NCBI GenBank assembly: GCA_049291415.1 | Contig: JBATPI010000184.1 | Location: 1,307 to 65,306 of the forward strand | Source of the DNA: Paracoccaceae bacterium | Lineage (GTDB): Bacteria > Pseudomonadota > Alphaproteobacteria > Rhodobacterales > Rhodobacteraceae | Reading direction: 5' to 3' | DNA: 64,000 nt | Shown: positions 63,767-64,000 of the stretch, one piece after another | Layout: each line of letters starts with the position of its first letter | How positions within the stretch are numbered: the stretch's first letter is position 1 | Notes under the pieces: generated by a model | What the model saw: only the letters and a program-made list of their open reading frames with translations | Database searches by the model: none | Told to the model about the DNA's origin: nothing | Position numbers and translations under genes: made by a program

Positions 63767-64000
63767 TCACAATTTCACAGGCTGGCCAGAGCGGACGCTT
63801 TCGTCCGCCGCCAGACAGATCGCCAGCGATTGCACGGCATCTTCCATATGCCGCGTCAGATCCAGATTCTCGGCAATCGCGCGGGCCACATAGGCCTGTT
63901 CGCGTTCGCACAGATCCTGATGGCCGGGCTCATCGGCCATCGACAGATCGCGGTCAGGCTGACCCACCCGATGCACGCGCAACAGCGAGGTCATTGTATG
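63767..64000 (-). CDS. C-terminal end of an oxidoreductase-like protein (probably Gfo/Idh/MocA family); gene continues beyond the right window edge
   Basis: Only ~77 C-terminal codons are visible (..YVARAIAENLDLTRHMEDAVQSLAICLAADESVRSGQPVKL). The assignment is tentative. Confidence 0.35.
   Translation of the reverse strand, partial: HTMTSLLRVHRVGQPDRDLSMADEPGHQDLCEREQAYVARAIAENLDLTRHMEDAVQSLAICLAADESVRSGQPVKL

Overview
High-GC alphaproteobacterial chromosome window. It looks Rhodobacterales/roseobacter-like, which I infer only from gene content: FlaF/FlbT, a MotE-like protein, a DddL-like cupin and the dnaA-dnaN-recF-gyrB context. All calls come from reading the ORF track and the sequence and from recalled family motifs. 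No searches were run.

Layout:
- 1-7998: inositol/sugar catabolism and ABC-uptake locus. It holds an iolD fragment, two Gfo/Idh/MocA oxidoreductases, a TIM-barrel isomerase, a LacI regulator and an SBP-permease-ATPase set. Two copies of a 16-bp palindromic operator are present.
- 7999-11094: a decayed accessory islet abutting the 3' end of tRNA-Lys. It holds a truncated aldolase, an orphan ORF, an IS5-family remnant, a restriction-endonuclease-like fragment and phased direct repeats.
- 11191-29109: housekeeping genes. These are dapF, mtaB, a LacI/GntR-like regulator, tRNA-Arg, a DMSP-lyase-like cupin, gyrB, lysE, a VOC gene, recF, dnaN, dnaA, rpsT, an enoyl-CoA hydratase, mutM, ubiE and ubiB.
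- 29115-54621: a 25.5-kb flagellar cluster. It holds flgD, fliK, flagellin, flaF, flbT, fliI, flgBC, fliE, fliQ, flgFGAH, fliL, flhB, fliR, flhA, motA, fliF, fliH-like, fliN and fliP. Several uncharacterised ORFs are embedded in it.
- 54628-62491: a type I secretion operon (HlyD, an ABC transporter with a C39-like domain, a TolC-like lipoprotein) plus a 1036-aa Ig-repeat adhesin.
- 62746-64000: a sugar ABC ATPase and an oxidoreductase fragment.

No CRISPR array, rRNA, intact prophage or recognisable defence system was seen. The best candidates for undescribed biology are:
- the motA-coupled 731-aa secreted protein and its small-protein neighbours (46737-51316);
- the adhesin/T1SS locus placed tail-to-tail with the flagellar cluster;
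- the decayed tRNA-Lys islet.

None of these is demonstrated to be novel from sequence reading alone.
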